Virus record (IMG/VR): IMGVR_UViG_2799112330_000002
Span: 1 to 64,000 of that record
Length of the DNA stretch: 64,000 bases
Reading direction: 5' to 3' (one strand)
From: a virus
Taxonomy: Duplodnaviria; Heunggongvirae; Uroviricota; Caudoviricetes
The notes under the pieces were generated by a model. It was given only the letters and a program-made list of their open reading frames with translations, had not been told where the DNA came from and made no database searches. Of this stretch, positions 37,061 to 47,688 are shown piece by piece. How positions within the stretch are numbered: position 1 is the stretch's first letter; the number at the start of each line of letters is the position of its first letter. Made by a program: the position numbers and the translations under genes.

Positions 37061-37717
37061 TTGATGAATGAAATATCACTAGACGAATCTAAGAAAATAA
37101 AGTTGTTCAATAGAAAGGAGACTAAATATAAATGTAGTTTTCTTGAATATTGTTGTATTATAAAATATCTTTATGATAACTATTTAATAGTAACAAACAA
37201 TAACAATACTTTATTTTCTTATGTATCTATCTATTTTGATACTAATGATCTAATAATGTATAATGAACATAAGAATGACAAAATAAATAGGCAAAAGATT
37301 AGAGTAAGAGAATATGACAATGGAGAAAAATATCTAGAAATTAAGAAGAAGACAGAAGATCATCATACAATAAAGACAAGAATACCAATAGACAATGTTG
37401 ACATAAACAATAACTTCAATTGGATAAAAGACAATCTTAAATATAAAGTTGATAATCTTCAGAATGTTCTTAACGTAAGATATAAGAGAATGACATTCAT
37501 TAGTAAGAACAAACTTGAAAGAATAACTATAGATATTGATATTGAATTCTTCAACCAATTAAATAATATATCAAAGAAAATTAATGACATTATTATTGAG
37601 ATAAAAGAAGAAGGAAATCATAGAAGTAGTTTTCATAAAATACTTAATAGTTTTAATATATATGAATGTAAGTTTTCAAAGTATTTTAATGGTCTAACAT
37701 ATACAATGAATGAATAA
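37061..37717 (+). CDS. VTC/CYTH-like polyphosphate polymerase domain protein
   Basis: RKETKY, SIYFDT, RQKIRVREY, LEIKKK, ERITID, IIEIK, FSKY. Confidence 0.8.
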   Translation: MMNEISLDESKKIKLFNRKETKYKCSFLEYCCIIKYLYDNYLIVTNNNNTLFSYVSIYFDTNDLIMYNEHKNDKINRQKIRVREYDNGEKYLEIKKKTEDHHTIKTRIPIDNVDINNNFNWIKDNLKYKVDNLQNVLNVRYKRMTFISKNKLERITIDIDIEFFNQLNNISKKINDIIIEIKEEGNHRSSFHKILNSFNIYECKFSKYFNGLTYTMNE

Positions 37718-37789
37718 AATGTTTATTATTTAATAACTGAAAAAATAGAGTATACAAATTACACTTAAATAAAGAAAGAAGAAAAGAAG

Positions 37790-39388
37790 ATGAAAAAGTT
37801 AATTTTAATGATTATGATGCTTTTTAGCATGAGTTTATGCTTTGCGGATGTTAGCTATGATGAAACAACCAAGACATTAACCGTTATTGGGTACACTAAT
37901 TCTGGAGAAATTTCTCCATATTCTCAAGCTACCACATTAGTAATTCAAGATGCTTCTGGATTTGTTAATATGGCGAATCAATATGGGCAAAATCTCCCTA
38001 ATTTGGAGACTTTAGTGTTACCGACTAGTATAACGGAGGTACCAAGTCAAGTATTTAAGAATTGTAAGAAACTTGTAAATGTAAATTGGGGGGCTTTAAC
38101 TAATCTTAAGACTATTGGTGAGGAGGCATTTATGGATACTGGGATTGGTCCTGATTTTATAGTTCCAAATTCAGTAGAAGAAATTAAAAATGGAGCGTTT
38201 CGAGATTGTTATAACATAAAGACTTTAACTTTTACTGAAGATTCAAATATATCTCATATATATGAGAATGCATTTTATATGACAGATGAAGGTAAAAGTG
38301 TTTTATCAGATGTATATGTAAATTGTATAAAAGAGATTGAATGTGATAAAGGCGCATTTGATAAAACTAACACATGTAATCAAACAAATGTTGGTACGGT
38401 GAAAACACGTTTACATTATCCCCCTAAATATTTTGAGCATTATGTTGGAGCATATAAATCTGAATTATACGACCAAAACTATAAAGACGCTAATGGAAAT
38501 TACATTAAGGGGGTTATAACGCAAACTATCATTGACCAAGCATATAGCGGTGCAAATAACGGATGGCAACAATTTTTCTCATCTGGTGTGCCAATTGGTT
38601 CTAAATCACTTTATCGTACATATTCTGATAATGTAGCATATAAAGTTCCGAGTAATAGTGCTCTTCAAGTATTTTTAGTATATGATTACGATAAGGAAAG
38701 GAATGTGGCATATTGTATAAAAATGAAAGAAGGAGATATAATTCCAGCTTATACTGGAGTTATTGTTCATAGTACACGTGTATCTACAGTATATATGGAA
38801 TATGTAAAAAACCCTTCGATAACAAATCCATATAATAATGAATCATATCCCAATAATTTATATCATTATCATGGAACTGAATGGTATAAAAACTATCTAA
38901 AGCCTATAAATGGTTCATTACATATAGATAATGTAGAGATTGTAGATGGCGTAAAGACATATAGAAATTATTTCTTTAATAAAGGAACAACTGCGGCTTT
39001 ACGTCCTGGTCCTGATTGGAAAGAAGAATATACTACTTTAGGTTGGGGATTCTTTAGAGCAGTAAGTAATAATTATAGAGTATTTAATAAAGCATTCTTA
39101 CATCTTCCTGCAAGTATGACTGAAGCAAGTTCTACACATATTGATGATAGTGGTAATTTACCACAGGACAATGCACAGTCACAAAATAACTCAAAGGAAA
39201 GTTTTACAATGTTTATTTCAAATTGGGAGGATATGATCATTGAACCAACAAACTTTGGTATTGCAACAAATGTCAATAATGCAGTAAAAAGAATAGATAA
39301 TAATTATTATACACTACAAGGAATTAAAGTTAAGAACCCTTCTAAAGGGATATATATTAAGAATAGTAAAAAAGTAATAGTTAAGTAA
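37790..39388 (+). CDS. secreted leucine-rich-repeat (LRR_5) protein with Prevotella-like C-terminal sorting-like domain
   Basis: Signal peptide; LPTSITEV..F.NC, IGEEAF, VPNSVEEI..AF; C-terminal YYTLQGIKVKNPSKGIYIKNSKKVIVK. Confidence 0.75.
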   Translation: MKKLILMIMMLFSMSLCFADVSYDETTKTLTVIGYTNSGEISPYSQATTLVIQDASGFVNMANQYGQNLPNLETLVLPTSITEVPSQVFKNCKKLVNVNWGALTNLKTIGEEAFMDTGIGPDFIVPNSVEEIKNGAFRDCYNIKTLTFTEDSNISHIYENAFYMTDEGKSVLSDVYVNCIKEIECDKGAFDKTNTCNQTNVGTVKTRLHYPPKYFEHYVGAYKSELYDQNYKDANGNYIKGVITQTIIDQAYSGANNGWQQFFSSGVPIGSKSLYRTYSDNVAYKVPSNSALQVFLVYDYDKERNVAYCIKMKEGDIIPAYTGVIVHSTRVSTVYMEYVKNPSITNPYNNESYPNNLYHYHGTEWYKNYLKPINGSLHIDNVEIVDGVKTYRNYFFNKGTTAALRPGPDWKEEYTTLGWGFFRAVSNNYRVFNKAFLHLPASMTEASSTHIDDSGNLPQDNAQSQNNSKESFTMFISNWEDMIIEPTNFGIATNVNNAVKRIDNNYYTLQGIKVKNPSKGIYIKNSKKVIVK

Positions 39389-39394
39389 AAAGTT

Positions 39395-39583
39395 ATGAAA
39401 AAGTTATATTTAAAACCTAGTATTGAATCCATTGTTTTAAAAAGCGAAGTAGGATTTATGAATGGCTCTGAACCAGAGGTTAGTGGAAATATTGGTGCAA
39501 AAGAAAACTCATGGTTTGATTTTGATTGGGATGATGATGAATTTGCTGATTTATGGGCAGAAGATGAAGATAAAGATATTTAA
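39395..39583 (+). CDS. small acidic peptide, Bacteroidales-like (MKKxYxKP)
   Basis: MKKLYLKPSIESIVL..GS.. Confidence 0.6.
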   Translation: MKKLYLKPSIESIVLKSEVGFMNGSEPEVSGNIGAKENSWFDFDWDDDEFADLWAEDEDKDI

Positions 39584-39643
39584 TTAAATCTAATATATAT
39601 GAAATGAATTGGTAATCTTTTTTATAAGGTTACCAATTTTTGT

Positions 39644-40378
39644 ATGAATTCGTTTAAACATTTTAACTATTTTAAATATAAAATATACATTACTTTTAAT
39701 ATGAATATAGATATTGATAAAGATTTGGTATATAATACCGAGAAGACTATTAAAGATTGGGTTGATCATTGTATAAATAAACTTGGTGCTGAAAGATTCT
39801 ACAAATATGTTTCAGATAACTGGGAGACAGTTAGTTTTCCAATAGAATGCTATATATTAGATTATATTAGTTCTAAGTCAAAGCCACAAAAGATTGAGAC
39901 AATTGAAGATCTTGCTAAACTTCTTGATGGGAATGAATATAGAGATGAATTAGATAATATGGCAAATATTAATGTTATTGATCTTTGTAAAGAAAAGGGT
40001 TGGATTGTTGTCTACGGAGCTTCTGATGATTTATTAGAGATTGATGGTGCTATATCTGATGAATTAGGCGCATGGGAAGGATGTGTTGCTAAATTCTATA
40101 AGAAAGGAGAATTCTACCCTGAATATGAGGAAGAAGATATATATCATAAAGCATCTGAAGATAGTTTCTTTGCAATAGATGATAAAGAACTTAATAGAAT
40201 AAAATTTGCTAAAGAAGATGCATTAATTATTGAATCTGTTTGGAGCCCATCTGGAAAAGATGTATCTTGGGAAATTAATTGTACAGGAGCTCCACATGTA
40301 AGTTTTAATGTTATGGAGGATGATGAAGTATACTGTGAAGCTTTAGTAATAGACATATCTAAGTTTATTAGTAAATAA
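39644..40378 (+). CDS. hypothetical phage protein
   Basis: VVYGASDDLLEIDGAI..F.VMEDDEVYC; true start probably later. Confidence 0.7.
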   Translation: MNSFKHFNYFKYKIYITFNMNIDIDKDLVYNTEKTIKDWVDHCINKLGAERFYKYVSDNWETVSFPIECYILDYISSKSKPQKIETIEDLAKLLDGNEYRDELDNMANINVIDLCKEKGWIVVYGASDDLLEIDGAISDELGAWEGCVAKFYKKGEFYPEYEEEDIYHKASEDSFFAIDDKELNRIKFAKEDALIIESVWSPSGKDVSWEINCTGAPHVSFNVMEDDEVYCEALVIDISKFISK

Positions 40379-40420
40379 AGAAATTATTTATTTTTAATAA
40401 AACTATAATAAATAACAATT

Positions 40421-40726
40421 ATGAAAGACATTAAAGATTATATATTTGAGAGTGAAGATAATATCACACAAGATGACGCACAACGTGAGTTATTACCACC
40501 AGAAGAAAGATATTGTGTAGTTCAAACAGGTGGATCAATTGGTGAACAATCTAGTTTTAAGTATCGTTTAGGAGGACAAGCATGCCGAATAACAAGAGAT
40601 AATATGACTAATGAAGAAGCAAAAGAATACGCAAAACGAATGAGAAAATTCTTAACACCAGGAGAGAGAAGATATTATGGAATATCATATAAAGCAGTAT
40701 TATTTAGTAAACTAAAGGAAATTTAA
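40421..40726 (+). CDS. hypothetical protein (MKDIKDYIFES)
   Basis: ORF track; shared N-terminal motif. Confidence 0.7.
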   Translation: MKDIKDYIFESEDNITQDDAQRELLPPEERYCVVQTGGSIGEQSSFKYRLGGQACRITRDNMTNEEAKEYAKRMRKFLTPGERRYYGISYKAVLFSKLKEI

Positions 40727-40765
40727 AATATCAAAAAAGCAAGTACTTAAGTACTTGCTTTTGTT

Positions 40766-41128
40766 TTATATATCTTCTTTATGTCTTTTATTGAAGCATT
40801 CTTTACAGAACGGATATATCCAATGATGCTTTACAATAGGTTGATCAATATGCTTACCACAGATTTCACAAACATTATATGATTCATCTTCAGCCTTGTC
40901 TATCATTTTATCAAGTTCTTCAGTATAATAGTTTGTATAAAATCTTAGACCTCCATATTTTTCTTTTATCTGGTGAATCTTGATTGGATTGTCTTCATGT
41001 GTCTTGTTATATTCAATAATATATTCAATTATTGGTTCATATAACTTCTTCCATCCAGATTCACATTCAATACCAAATAGTTCAAATGGCCATTGAGGAT
41101 TGTTGTTATCGTTATTCATAGGCATCAT
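40766..41128 (-). CDS. conserved phage hypothetical protein
   Basis: QIKEKYGGLRFY..CEICG. Confidence 0.75.
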   Translation of the reverse strand: MMPMNNDNNNPQWPFELFGIECESGWKKLYEPIIEYIIEYNKTHEDNPIKIHQIKEKYGGLRFYTNYYTEELDKMIDKAEDESYNVCEICGKHIDQPIVKHHWIYPFCKECFNKRHKEDI

Positions 41129-42047
41129 TAATATATTTTAAGTTATTCATATTGTTATTATATATATTGCCATCAATGTGTTCTACATATCCATTAAACA
41201 GGTCTATGCTATCATCAATGAAATTCTTATAAATCAATAATGATACTGGTATGATGGGGTTTTCTATACATAGTTCTTTCCCATTCTTATATTTATGTAA
41301 TTTACATTCTTCTTCAATTAAGTCATCTTTTTGAATATATGATTCTGAAATATAATCTAAATCAACCGTATCTTTGAATCTGTAAACATAACCAGTATTT
41401 GATAGTATAATATAGTTATTGTTTTCTAAAAATACAATTCTAAAGTCTTCCTTAATATTGTTTCTATATTTAGCAAGATCCTTTTTGAATTGATCAGTCT
41501 TAGAATAATTACATTTACTCATCCATTCAGGACAGAATCCTCTATAGATACATTCGGGAACACATTTACTTCTCAATACTGGATCAACCTTCTCTAGTTC
41601 ATCCATTACTTGATTCCATGCTTCTCTTGTCTCTTTTGATGCACAGTTGCATAATCGTTTTCTTGAAATGCTTATTAATGCTTGAGCATTGCAAGTCATA
41701 TCCATATCATTCTTAGCTCCCTGGTAGATATGGTCTCTGTCACAAGGCAGCTCTCTTCTGTCTCCTCGTTGAGAATGAACAAACTTTTCACAACCTTCAT
41801 GATGTCTTACAAGATGAGCAGTCACCCATTGTCTTATATTGTTCCATCCAAAGTCATATTCCAACAATCTGATTGGCGAATGCTCAGCTAACAGGATCTT
41901 TGCTTTCCAAGAATCTGATGGCTCATTAGGTACAGGATTCTTGCCAATTGTTCTACGAGCAGCATTCAATACTCTTTTCCACGATGTAGCACAATAAAGA
42001 TGATCTAGTTCTGTTGTGCCATTAAGCATATCTTCATTTGTCTGCAT
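41112..42047 (-). CDS. thyX: FAD-dependent thymidylate synthase ThyX with C-terminal NUMOD4/HNH-like extension
   Basis: EHSPIR, HLVRHH, SQR, RKRLC, CIYRGFCPE; tail YIILSNTGYV..EHIDGNIYNNNMNNL. Confidence 0.75.
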   Translation of the reverse strand: MQTNEDMLNGTTELDHLYCATSWKRVLNAARRTIGKNPVPNEPSDSWKAKILLAEHSPIRLLEYDFGWNNIRQWVTAHLVRHHEGCEKFVHSQRGDRRELPCDRDHIYQGAKNDMDMTCNAQALISISRKRLCNCASKETREAWNQVMDELEKVDPVLRSKCVPECIYRGFCPEWMSKCNYSKTDQFKKDLAKYRNNIKEDFRIVFLENNNYIILSNTGYVYRFKDTVDLDYISESYIQKDDLIEEECKLHKYKNGKELCIENPIIPVSLLIYKNFIDDSIDLFNGYVEHIDGNIYNNNMNNLKYINDAYE

Positions 42048-42897
42048 TCTTCTTATTCAATAGCATATTTTTCTTATGAGCCCAAGCATATACTTTATCC
42101 ATGAATTCTTTGTCATATGGGAATGCAGGATTATGTATAGCATACATTTTGTTTGATTCTGGGATAATCTGCCCAGGTAATTGGACAATAATACAATCAA
42201 CAACACTTCCCTTAGGGATATAGTTTTCATTTTCTAAAGCTGTCTTGTAGAAATAGACCTGCATTGTGTATGTATACCAGTTCAATGCTAACATGTCTTT
42301 ACAGGGTCCCAATAGATATCCTGTCCATGGGCTTGGCTTCTTGTCTACACTACCACTGCTCTTCCAGTCTACAATAAGATAATGCCCATTGTCAGTATTA
42401 TAGAACAATGCATCAAATCTTCCCTTTATGTAGAGATCTGTATTCGGAACATTATAATACAAAGTCTTTTCTCTTGTCACAAACTGAAGATTTGGATGTG
42501 TATCAAGTATTTCTTGTACAAATGCATCAAAAGAGCTACAAACTCCATTCAATCTTTCATCACCATCTCTATCATAGTCAAGATTGAACAGCTCTAACTC
42601 ATCTTCTTGTTTGTTCAATATCATACCAATATAGTTATCCAAAAGACTTCCATAATGGCATGATGCTGCTCCCTTAGCATTCCACATCTCACAAATCTCT
42701 TCAATAGACTTTTGGTAATATTCACTATTCGGATTGTCATGATGCTTGTTGTAAGTCTTTGTTGCAACACCTATCTGATCAAATGGTTCTTGAATCAAAC
42801 CTAATACTGTTGAAATACTAATGTATTTGTCACTTGTCGGTTTTTGTACTTCATTGATATTGTTCTCTAAACTTTCTCTAATTTCTTTTATTTCCAT
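42034..42897 (-). CDS. PD-(D/E)xK exonuclease
   Basis: IKGRFDALF..LIVDWKS..YTMQVYFY. Confidence 0.8.
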   Translation of the reverse strand: MEIKEIRESLENNINEVQKPTSDKYISISTVLGLIQEPFDQIGVATKTYNKHHDNPNSEYYQKSIEEICEMWNAKGAASCHYGSLLDNYIGMILNKQEDELELFNLDYDRDGDERLNGVCSSFDAFVQEILDTHPNLQFVTREKTLYYNVPNTDLYIKGRFDALFYNTDNGHYLIVDWKSSGSVDKKPSPWTGYLLGPCKDMLALNWYTYTMQVYFYKTALENENYIPKGSVVDCIIVQLPGQIIPESNKMYAIHNPAFPYDKEFMDKVYAWAHKKNMLLNKKNADK

Positions 42898-43068
42898 TTT
42901 TCTTTCTTCTTTTTTATTTTTTATTTCGTATTTTTTATTTCTTATTTTTTATTCTGTTATTTCTTTAACTTTATTTTAACTTTATTATATATATAAAATA
43001 GTTTTCTATTGAAATAGTTTTCAATTTAACTATATTATTATTGTAATTAATATTAAAATTTAAGGATT

Positions 43069-43692
43069 ATGTATACTACAAGAGACATCACATTGGTTAC
43101 TCGCAACATTGATTGCTCAAACATTACTGTAGAGCAGTTCATTTCTGCAATGTTTTCAGATTTCCTTGAGGCTGAGGAGAAGTACAATGAGCTTTATGTT
43201 CCGGAATGGGAAGCTTCGAAGGTCAGGTCCTTTGAACGTTATATGAAATGGGCTAAAGAACATGCTATCAAGTTTGCGGAAAAGACTTGGAAGACCGAGA
43301 AACGTCGTAATCTTTTCATTACTACGGAAGTAAAGAAGGCCCGCGAATCTTATAATTGGCCTGATTATTATTATAGTCTTTCATTCTTTGATTTTGATGT
43401 TAATCCAGGCCATAATGGTCTCTCAGGTAACTGTTGCATCTCTTATAAAGAATTAACTCCACGAGCTTTGGAACGTTGTTTCAATGAGGTAAAGGACAAT
43501 AAGTACTTCAAGAAAGCTCATGGATGGATGCTCACTTATAATGCTTGTGAAGGTTCTTACCAGAACAATTCTCGTCCACAGATTAAGCTTATTGTAGATG
43601 CAGAAACTGATGCTCAAATGAAAAAGGATGCTCAGGATCTTGCAGATTCAATCCGCGAGTTCTATAAGGACTGTCACTACTGGGGAGACTAA
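43069..43692 (+). CDS. hypothetical protein
   Basis: ORF after promoter motif; C-terminal YWGD. Confidence 0.75.
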   Translation: MYTTRDITLVTRNIDCSNITVEQFISAMFSDFLEAEEKYNELYVPEWEASKVRSFERYMKWAKEHAIKFAEKTWKTEKRRNLFITTEVKKARESYNWPDYYYSLSFFDFDVNPGHNGLSGNCCISYKELTPRALERCFNEVKDNKYFKKAHGWMLTYNACEGSYQNNSRPQIKLIVDAETDAQMKKDAQDLADSIREFYKDCHYWGD

Positions 43693-43735
43693 TATATACT
43701 CCCCATTATATATAAATTAATTAAAATTATTCATT

Positions 43736-43951
43736 ATGTATAACAATAGTTTTTTCATAGGATGCTTGTCAATCCTGCTTATTATAGTTGCTTTAGGAGC
43801 TATTGAAGGTCTTGTTCTTATGCTTTTGTGGAATTGGCTTGCTCCATTGTTCTGGTCAAATGCTCCAATATTGTCATTCTGGCAAGCATGGGGAATATTG
43901 GTATTGTTGAATTTGATTTTCTCACCATTCAAGAGTTCATCTAACAAATAA
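43736..43951 (+). CDS. small membrane protein
   Basis: MLLWNWL..LSFWQAWGI. Confidence 0.7.
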   Translation: MYNNSFFIGCLSILLIIVALGAIEGLVLMLLWNWLAPLFWSNAPILSFWQAWGILVLLNLIFSPFKSSSNK

Positions 43952-43963
43952 AACATAAATAAT

Positions 43964-45280
43964 ATGATTGAATTAGTTGGAAAATATACAACCGCAAGGA
44001 TATATGCTGAAACTATTGAAGAAGGCGTATATTCTCAGGTCTATGATATAATAAATTGCAAGGCATTTGAAGGACAGAAAGTTGTCTGTATGCCTGATGT
44101 ACATGTAGGAGCAAGTGGCCCATGTGGACTTGTTGCTACAATTGGTGATTATGTTTGCCCTGAGCATGTTGGAGTAGACATAGGCTGTCGTGTATCTATG
44201 ATCTTGCTTGACAAATGTCTGCCTAAGGATAAATACGCAGAGTTTGAACGAAGACTAAAGAATAGTATTCCAACAGGATTCAATATCAATAAGAAAACAG
44301 TTTTTGATGAAAAGGAATTCTATAAGTTTTTGTCGCAAGGATTTCAGAAGTATAGAAACTATTGGCCAGAGATGTTGGCAGATCTACCATCACAGGTAAC
44401 TGAGAAATGGATATCTGATGTATGCAGAAGAATTGGGCTTGATGAAGGTGTGTTCTATCATTCTATTTGTTCAATTGGTGGTGGTAATCATTATGAAGAA
44501 TACGGGGAGACTGAAGACGGTAATCTGGCTGGATTCTCTGTTCATTGTGGTTCTCGTAATTTTGGTCTTAAGATCTGTAAATATTGGACAAATCTAGCAA
44601 AAGGCGGTGCATTGTCAAAGTCAGAAATCAAGGATTTTACCAAAGAATTCAAGAAGACTTATTTAAAGACTCATGAGAATATGACTAACTTCAAGAAGGA
44701 CTTAAATAAGTTTATTGAATCTAAAAAGGAAGGACATATTGACGGCTATCTGACAGGTGACAATATGAAGGGGTATCTTTGCGATATGGCTTTGGGAGAA
44801 CTTTATGCTGAATGGAATCATAAGTGCTTGTTACAGAAAGCTACAGAACTGCTTAAGAAATATAATATAAAGCCAATCAGAACAATCTCATCTGTACATA
44901 ACTTCATAGATTTACATGATCATACACTACGTAAGTCATCAATTCGTTCTTATGAAGGTGAAGAGATGCTTGTCCCATTCAATATGAGAGATGGAGTAGC
45001 TATTTGTGAAGGTTTATCAAATCCTGACTGGTTGAATTCGTGTGCTCATGGTGCTGGTCGTAAGATGTCTCGTTCAAAAGCAAAAGCAAACATCTCTATG
45101 GATGAATTCAAAGAATCTATGAAAGATGTATATTCTACAACAGTTTGCAAAGGAACAATTGATGAATCACCTATGGCTTACAAAGATACTGATGAGATAA
45201 AGGATTTGATACAGGAAACTTGCAAGATCAAATTCATGATGATCCCAAAGATCAATATAAAGGCAACGGATGGAGAGTGA
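43964..45280 (+). CDS. rtcB: RtcB RNA 2',3'-cyclic phosphate/5'-OH ligase
   Basis: MPDVH, VGVDIGC, GGGNHY.E, HCGSR, HN, HGAGR, DESPMAYKD. Confidence 0.95.
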   Translation: MIELVGKYTTARIYAETIEEGVYSQVYDIINCKAFEGQKVVCMPDVHVGASGPCGLVATIGDYVCPEHVGVDIGCRVSMILLDKCLPKDKYAEFERRLKNSIPTGFNINKKTVFDEKEFYKFLSQGFQKYRNYWPEMLADLPSQVTEKWISDVCRRIGLDEGVFYHSICSIGGGNHYEEYGETEDGNLAGFSVHCGSRNFGLKICKYWTNLAKGGALSKSEIKDFTKEFKKTYLKTHENMTNFKKDLNKFIESKKEGHIDGYLTGDNMKGYLCDMALGELYAEWNHKCLLQKATELLKKYNIKPIRTISSVHNFIDLHDHTLRKSSIRSYEGEEMLVPFNMRDGVAICEGLSNPDWLNSCAHGAGRKMSRSKAKANISMDEFKESMKDVYSTTVCKGTIDESPMAYKDTDEIKDLIQETCKIKFMMIPKINIKATDGE

Positions 45281-45609
45281 TATCTTTATGTATCATTTTC
45301 ATAACAAAAGAAAACAATACAAAAAAAATGAAAATTATAACAATCAAAAATCATAAAGGGGAAACTTGTGACTATCGTCCTTATATTGATATAGATATAA
45401 ATGAAGAGGTAGAGAATATGCAGAAGCTTATAGATAAATGTAAGCAAAAAATGTATGAAACTACAGGAATCCCCAAAAATAGAATTTAAATTTGTTGAAT
45501 ATTATGTATTTTTTACTATATTATATATGTAATTAAAATATAAAATTTCACAAGCTATTGAAACATTGTATCATATGAAAGAATGTGGAAAATTTAAAAA
45601 GTAAAAAAT

Positions 45610-45909
45610 ATGAAAATTTTATTTGAAAAATATGATATAGCATCAAGAGATTTGTGTCAGATATCAAATCGTATATCATCTGTTGTAACTAATTATATAA
45701 AAGAAACAGTTGGATTTGCTGGTGAAGCCGGTGATAAGAATAATATTGGCAAAACTAATCCTTATGAAATTGGTTGGATTATATTAGATAATGATACAAT
45801 TCAAATTTCATATAGCCCATATAAAGATCAATGGCTTGATTATTGGGATGATGAAAAGTATATTAAAGTGAAGTATGATGAATTGATGAAATATGAGCAG
45901 GTTTACTAA
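45610..45909 (+). CDS. hypothetical protein
   Basis: ORF track. Confidence 0.6.
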   Translation: MKILFEKYDIASRDLCQISNRISSVVTNYIKETVGFAGEAGDKNNIGKTNPYEIGWIILDNDTIQISYSPYKDQWLDYWDDEKYIKVKYDELMKYEQVY

Positions 45910-46114
45910 ACGTAGAAAGCAATTTCGTAAAAATCAAGAAATTAGCTTAAAACAAAAGGAAGAGAATTCTAAGAAATTTGAGAAAGCAATGCAAGATCAT
46001 ATTGAGACATGCAGGATTATTAAAAAAAATTATCCTGGGTTTGATAATATGAAGCCTGAAAACGCACTTAAATTATATAATGAAATATATAATGAAGTTC
46101 ATGTTAAAAAATAG
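45893..46114 (+). CDS. hypothetical protein
   Basis: ORF track. Confidence 0.6.
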   Translation: MSRFTKRRKQFRKNQEISLKQKEENSKKFEKAMQDHIETCRIIKKNYPGFDNMKPENALKLYNEIYNEVHVKK

Positions 46115-46135
46115 AATAGAACAAATAAAACATAT

Positions 46136-46513
46136 TTGATTATGAGCAAGAAACTTACAAAATCACAGATTAGAGAGCATGAAAGACAAAAACTAGTAAA
46201 GCAATTAGAGCATAAATACTCTTCATATATTGATCTTGCTACATTATATAAAGAACTTTGGCATAAAACAACAAATGAATTAGGTAAGCTTCGTCAAGAA
46301 TATGATATTATCAAAGGAAAGAATGCTGAGCTTGAAGAGTCTGTTCGTAATTATAAAGATTGGGTAAGACGTATGCAAGAATTCATGGATCTTCCAGAGG
46401 AACAACGTTCTGAAGCGTTCAAAGAATATTGTGATTCATTGAAAAGTTCCAAAAGATTTCATGAGATGACAGATGCATATATAAGTATGATTGATAGATT
46501 TTTTGTATTGTAA
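46136..46513 (+). CDS. hypothetical coiled-coil protein
   Basis: ORF track. Confidence 0.65.
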   Translation: MIMSKKLTKSQIREHERQKLVKQLEHKYSSYIDLATLYKELWHKTTNELGKLRQEYDIIKGKNAELEESVRNYKDWVRRMQEFMDLPEEQRSEAFKEYCDSLKSSKRFHEMTDAYISMIDRFFVL

Positions 46514-46531
46514 AAATATTTTTATGATTTT

Positions 46532-47212
46532 ATGAAGATAGCAGCTATTAGTGACATGCATGGAATTCTTGATTTCAACATTGAGAAGTCAGATATTCTA
46601 TTTATTTGTGGAGACATTGTTCCACTTAAGATACAAGGTTATAGTAAAGAATCTAAGAGATGGTTTAAGAACACATTTATTTCTTGGTGCAAGAACCAGC
46701 CAGTAAATGATATATATCTTGTTGGTGGTAATCATGACTGGTGGATCTATAGACATCCAGAGCAAGTAAAAGAATGTTGTAAAGAACTTCCGAATCTACA
46801 TTATCTGTTAGATGAAGAAGCAGTCTATATGGATGAAGATGGAACAGCTTATAAGATCTATGGTACTCCTTGGTGTCATCAGTTTGGAGACTGGGCATTT
46901 ATGGGCTATTCTGATAATGCATTAGCTCAAAAGTTTATGAATATGGGAGATGACATTGATTTCCTAATCACTCATGATGCTCCCTATGGGGTATCAGATA
47001 TTTGTGATTCATTTTGGAATAGAGGTGAGCATATAGGTAGTCATGGGCTTGCTTATGCTATTGCTCAAAGACAACCCAAATATAATTTTCATGGACACCT
47101 GCATTCTTCTAATCATGGATGTGAAATGCTTGAAAATACACAAGTTTATAATGTGTCAATGATTAATGAGCAATACAAGTTAAGATACTATCCGTTGTAT
47201 TTGGAGCTCTAA
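46532..47212 (+). CDS. calcineurin-like metallophosphoesterase
   Basis: ISDMHG, CGD, GGNHD, ITH, FHGHLH. Confidence 0.9.
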   Translation: MKIAAISDMHGILDFNIEKSDILFICGDIVPLKIQGYSKESKRWFKNTFISWCKNQPVNDIYLVGGNHDWWIYRHPEQVKECCKELPNLHYLLDEEAVYMDEDGTAYKIYGTPWCHQFGDWAFMGYSDNALAQKFMNMGDDIDFLITHDAPYGVSDICDSFWNRGEHIGSHGLAYAIAQRQPKYNFHGHLHSSNHGCEMLENTQVYNVSMINEQYKLRYYPLYLEL

Positions 47213-47239
47213 CAAAATTATTTTATATATATAATAAGA

Positions 47240-47533
47240 ATGATTGATGATAAAAAGATAAGAAAAGAACTTGTTAGCTTTATAGGAAAGAAAAACTTGA
47301 AGATGTTAGCTAAGTTCTATAAAGAACATAAACTACTGTTTCCACCAATTGTAGAAGATGGAATAATCATATATACAAGACAAGTCTATGGAGATGCAAT
47401 TAGTAATCATATAAATGAAAAGTTTCATATTCATCCTGACATAATTGAAGACTGGACAGAATTTGATGACTACATCTACTACACATTGATTGATATATTG
47501 CAAGAAAAGAAATATATTAAAGAAAACTGTTAA
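47240..47533 (+). CDS. hypothetical protein
   Basis: ORF track. Confidence 0.6.
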   Translation: MIDDKKIRKELVSFIGKKNLKMLAKFYKEHKLLFPPIVEDGIIIYTRQVYGDAISNHINEKFHIHPDIIEDWTEFDDYIYYTLIDILQEKKYIKENC

Positions 47534-47688
47534 AAAATTAACATAAATTAATTTTGAGGCGGTTTTCTATAGAAATCACATAATTTCTTATAACTTAGAA
47601 ATACCTATGGTTATTTTAAAATATAAATAATAAGTATATACCGGACACTTATTATTTGCCATAAATATATCTAAAGTTATAAGAAATT

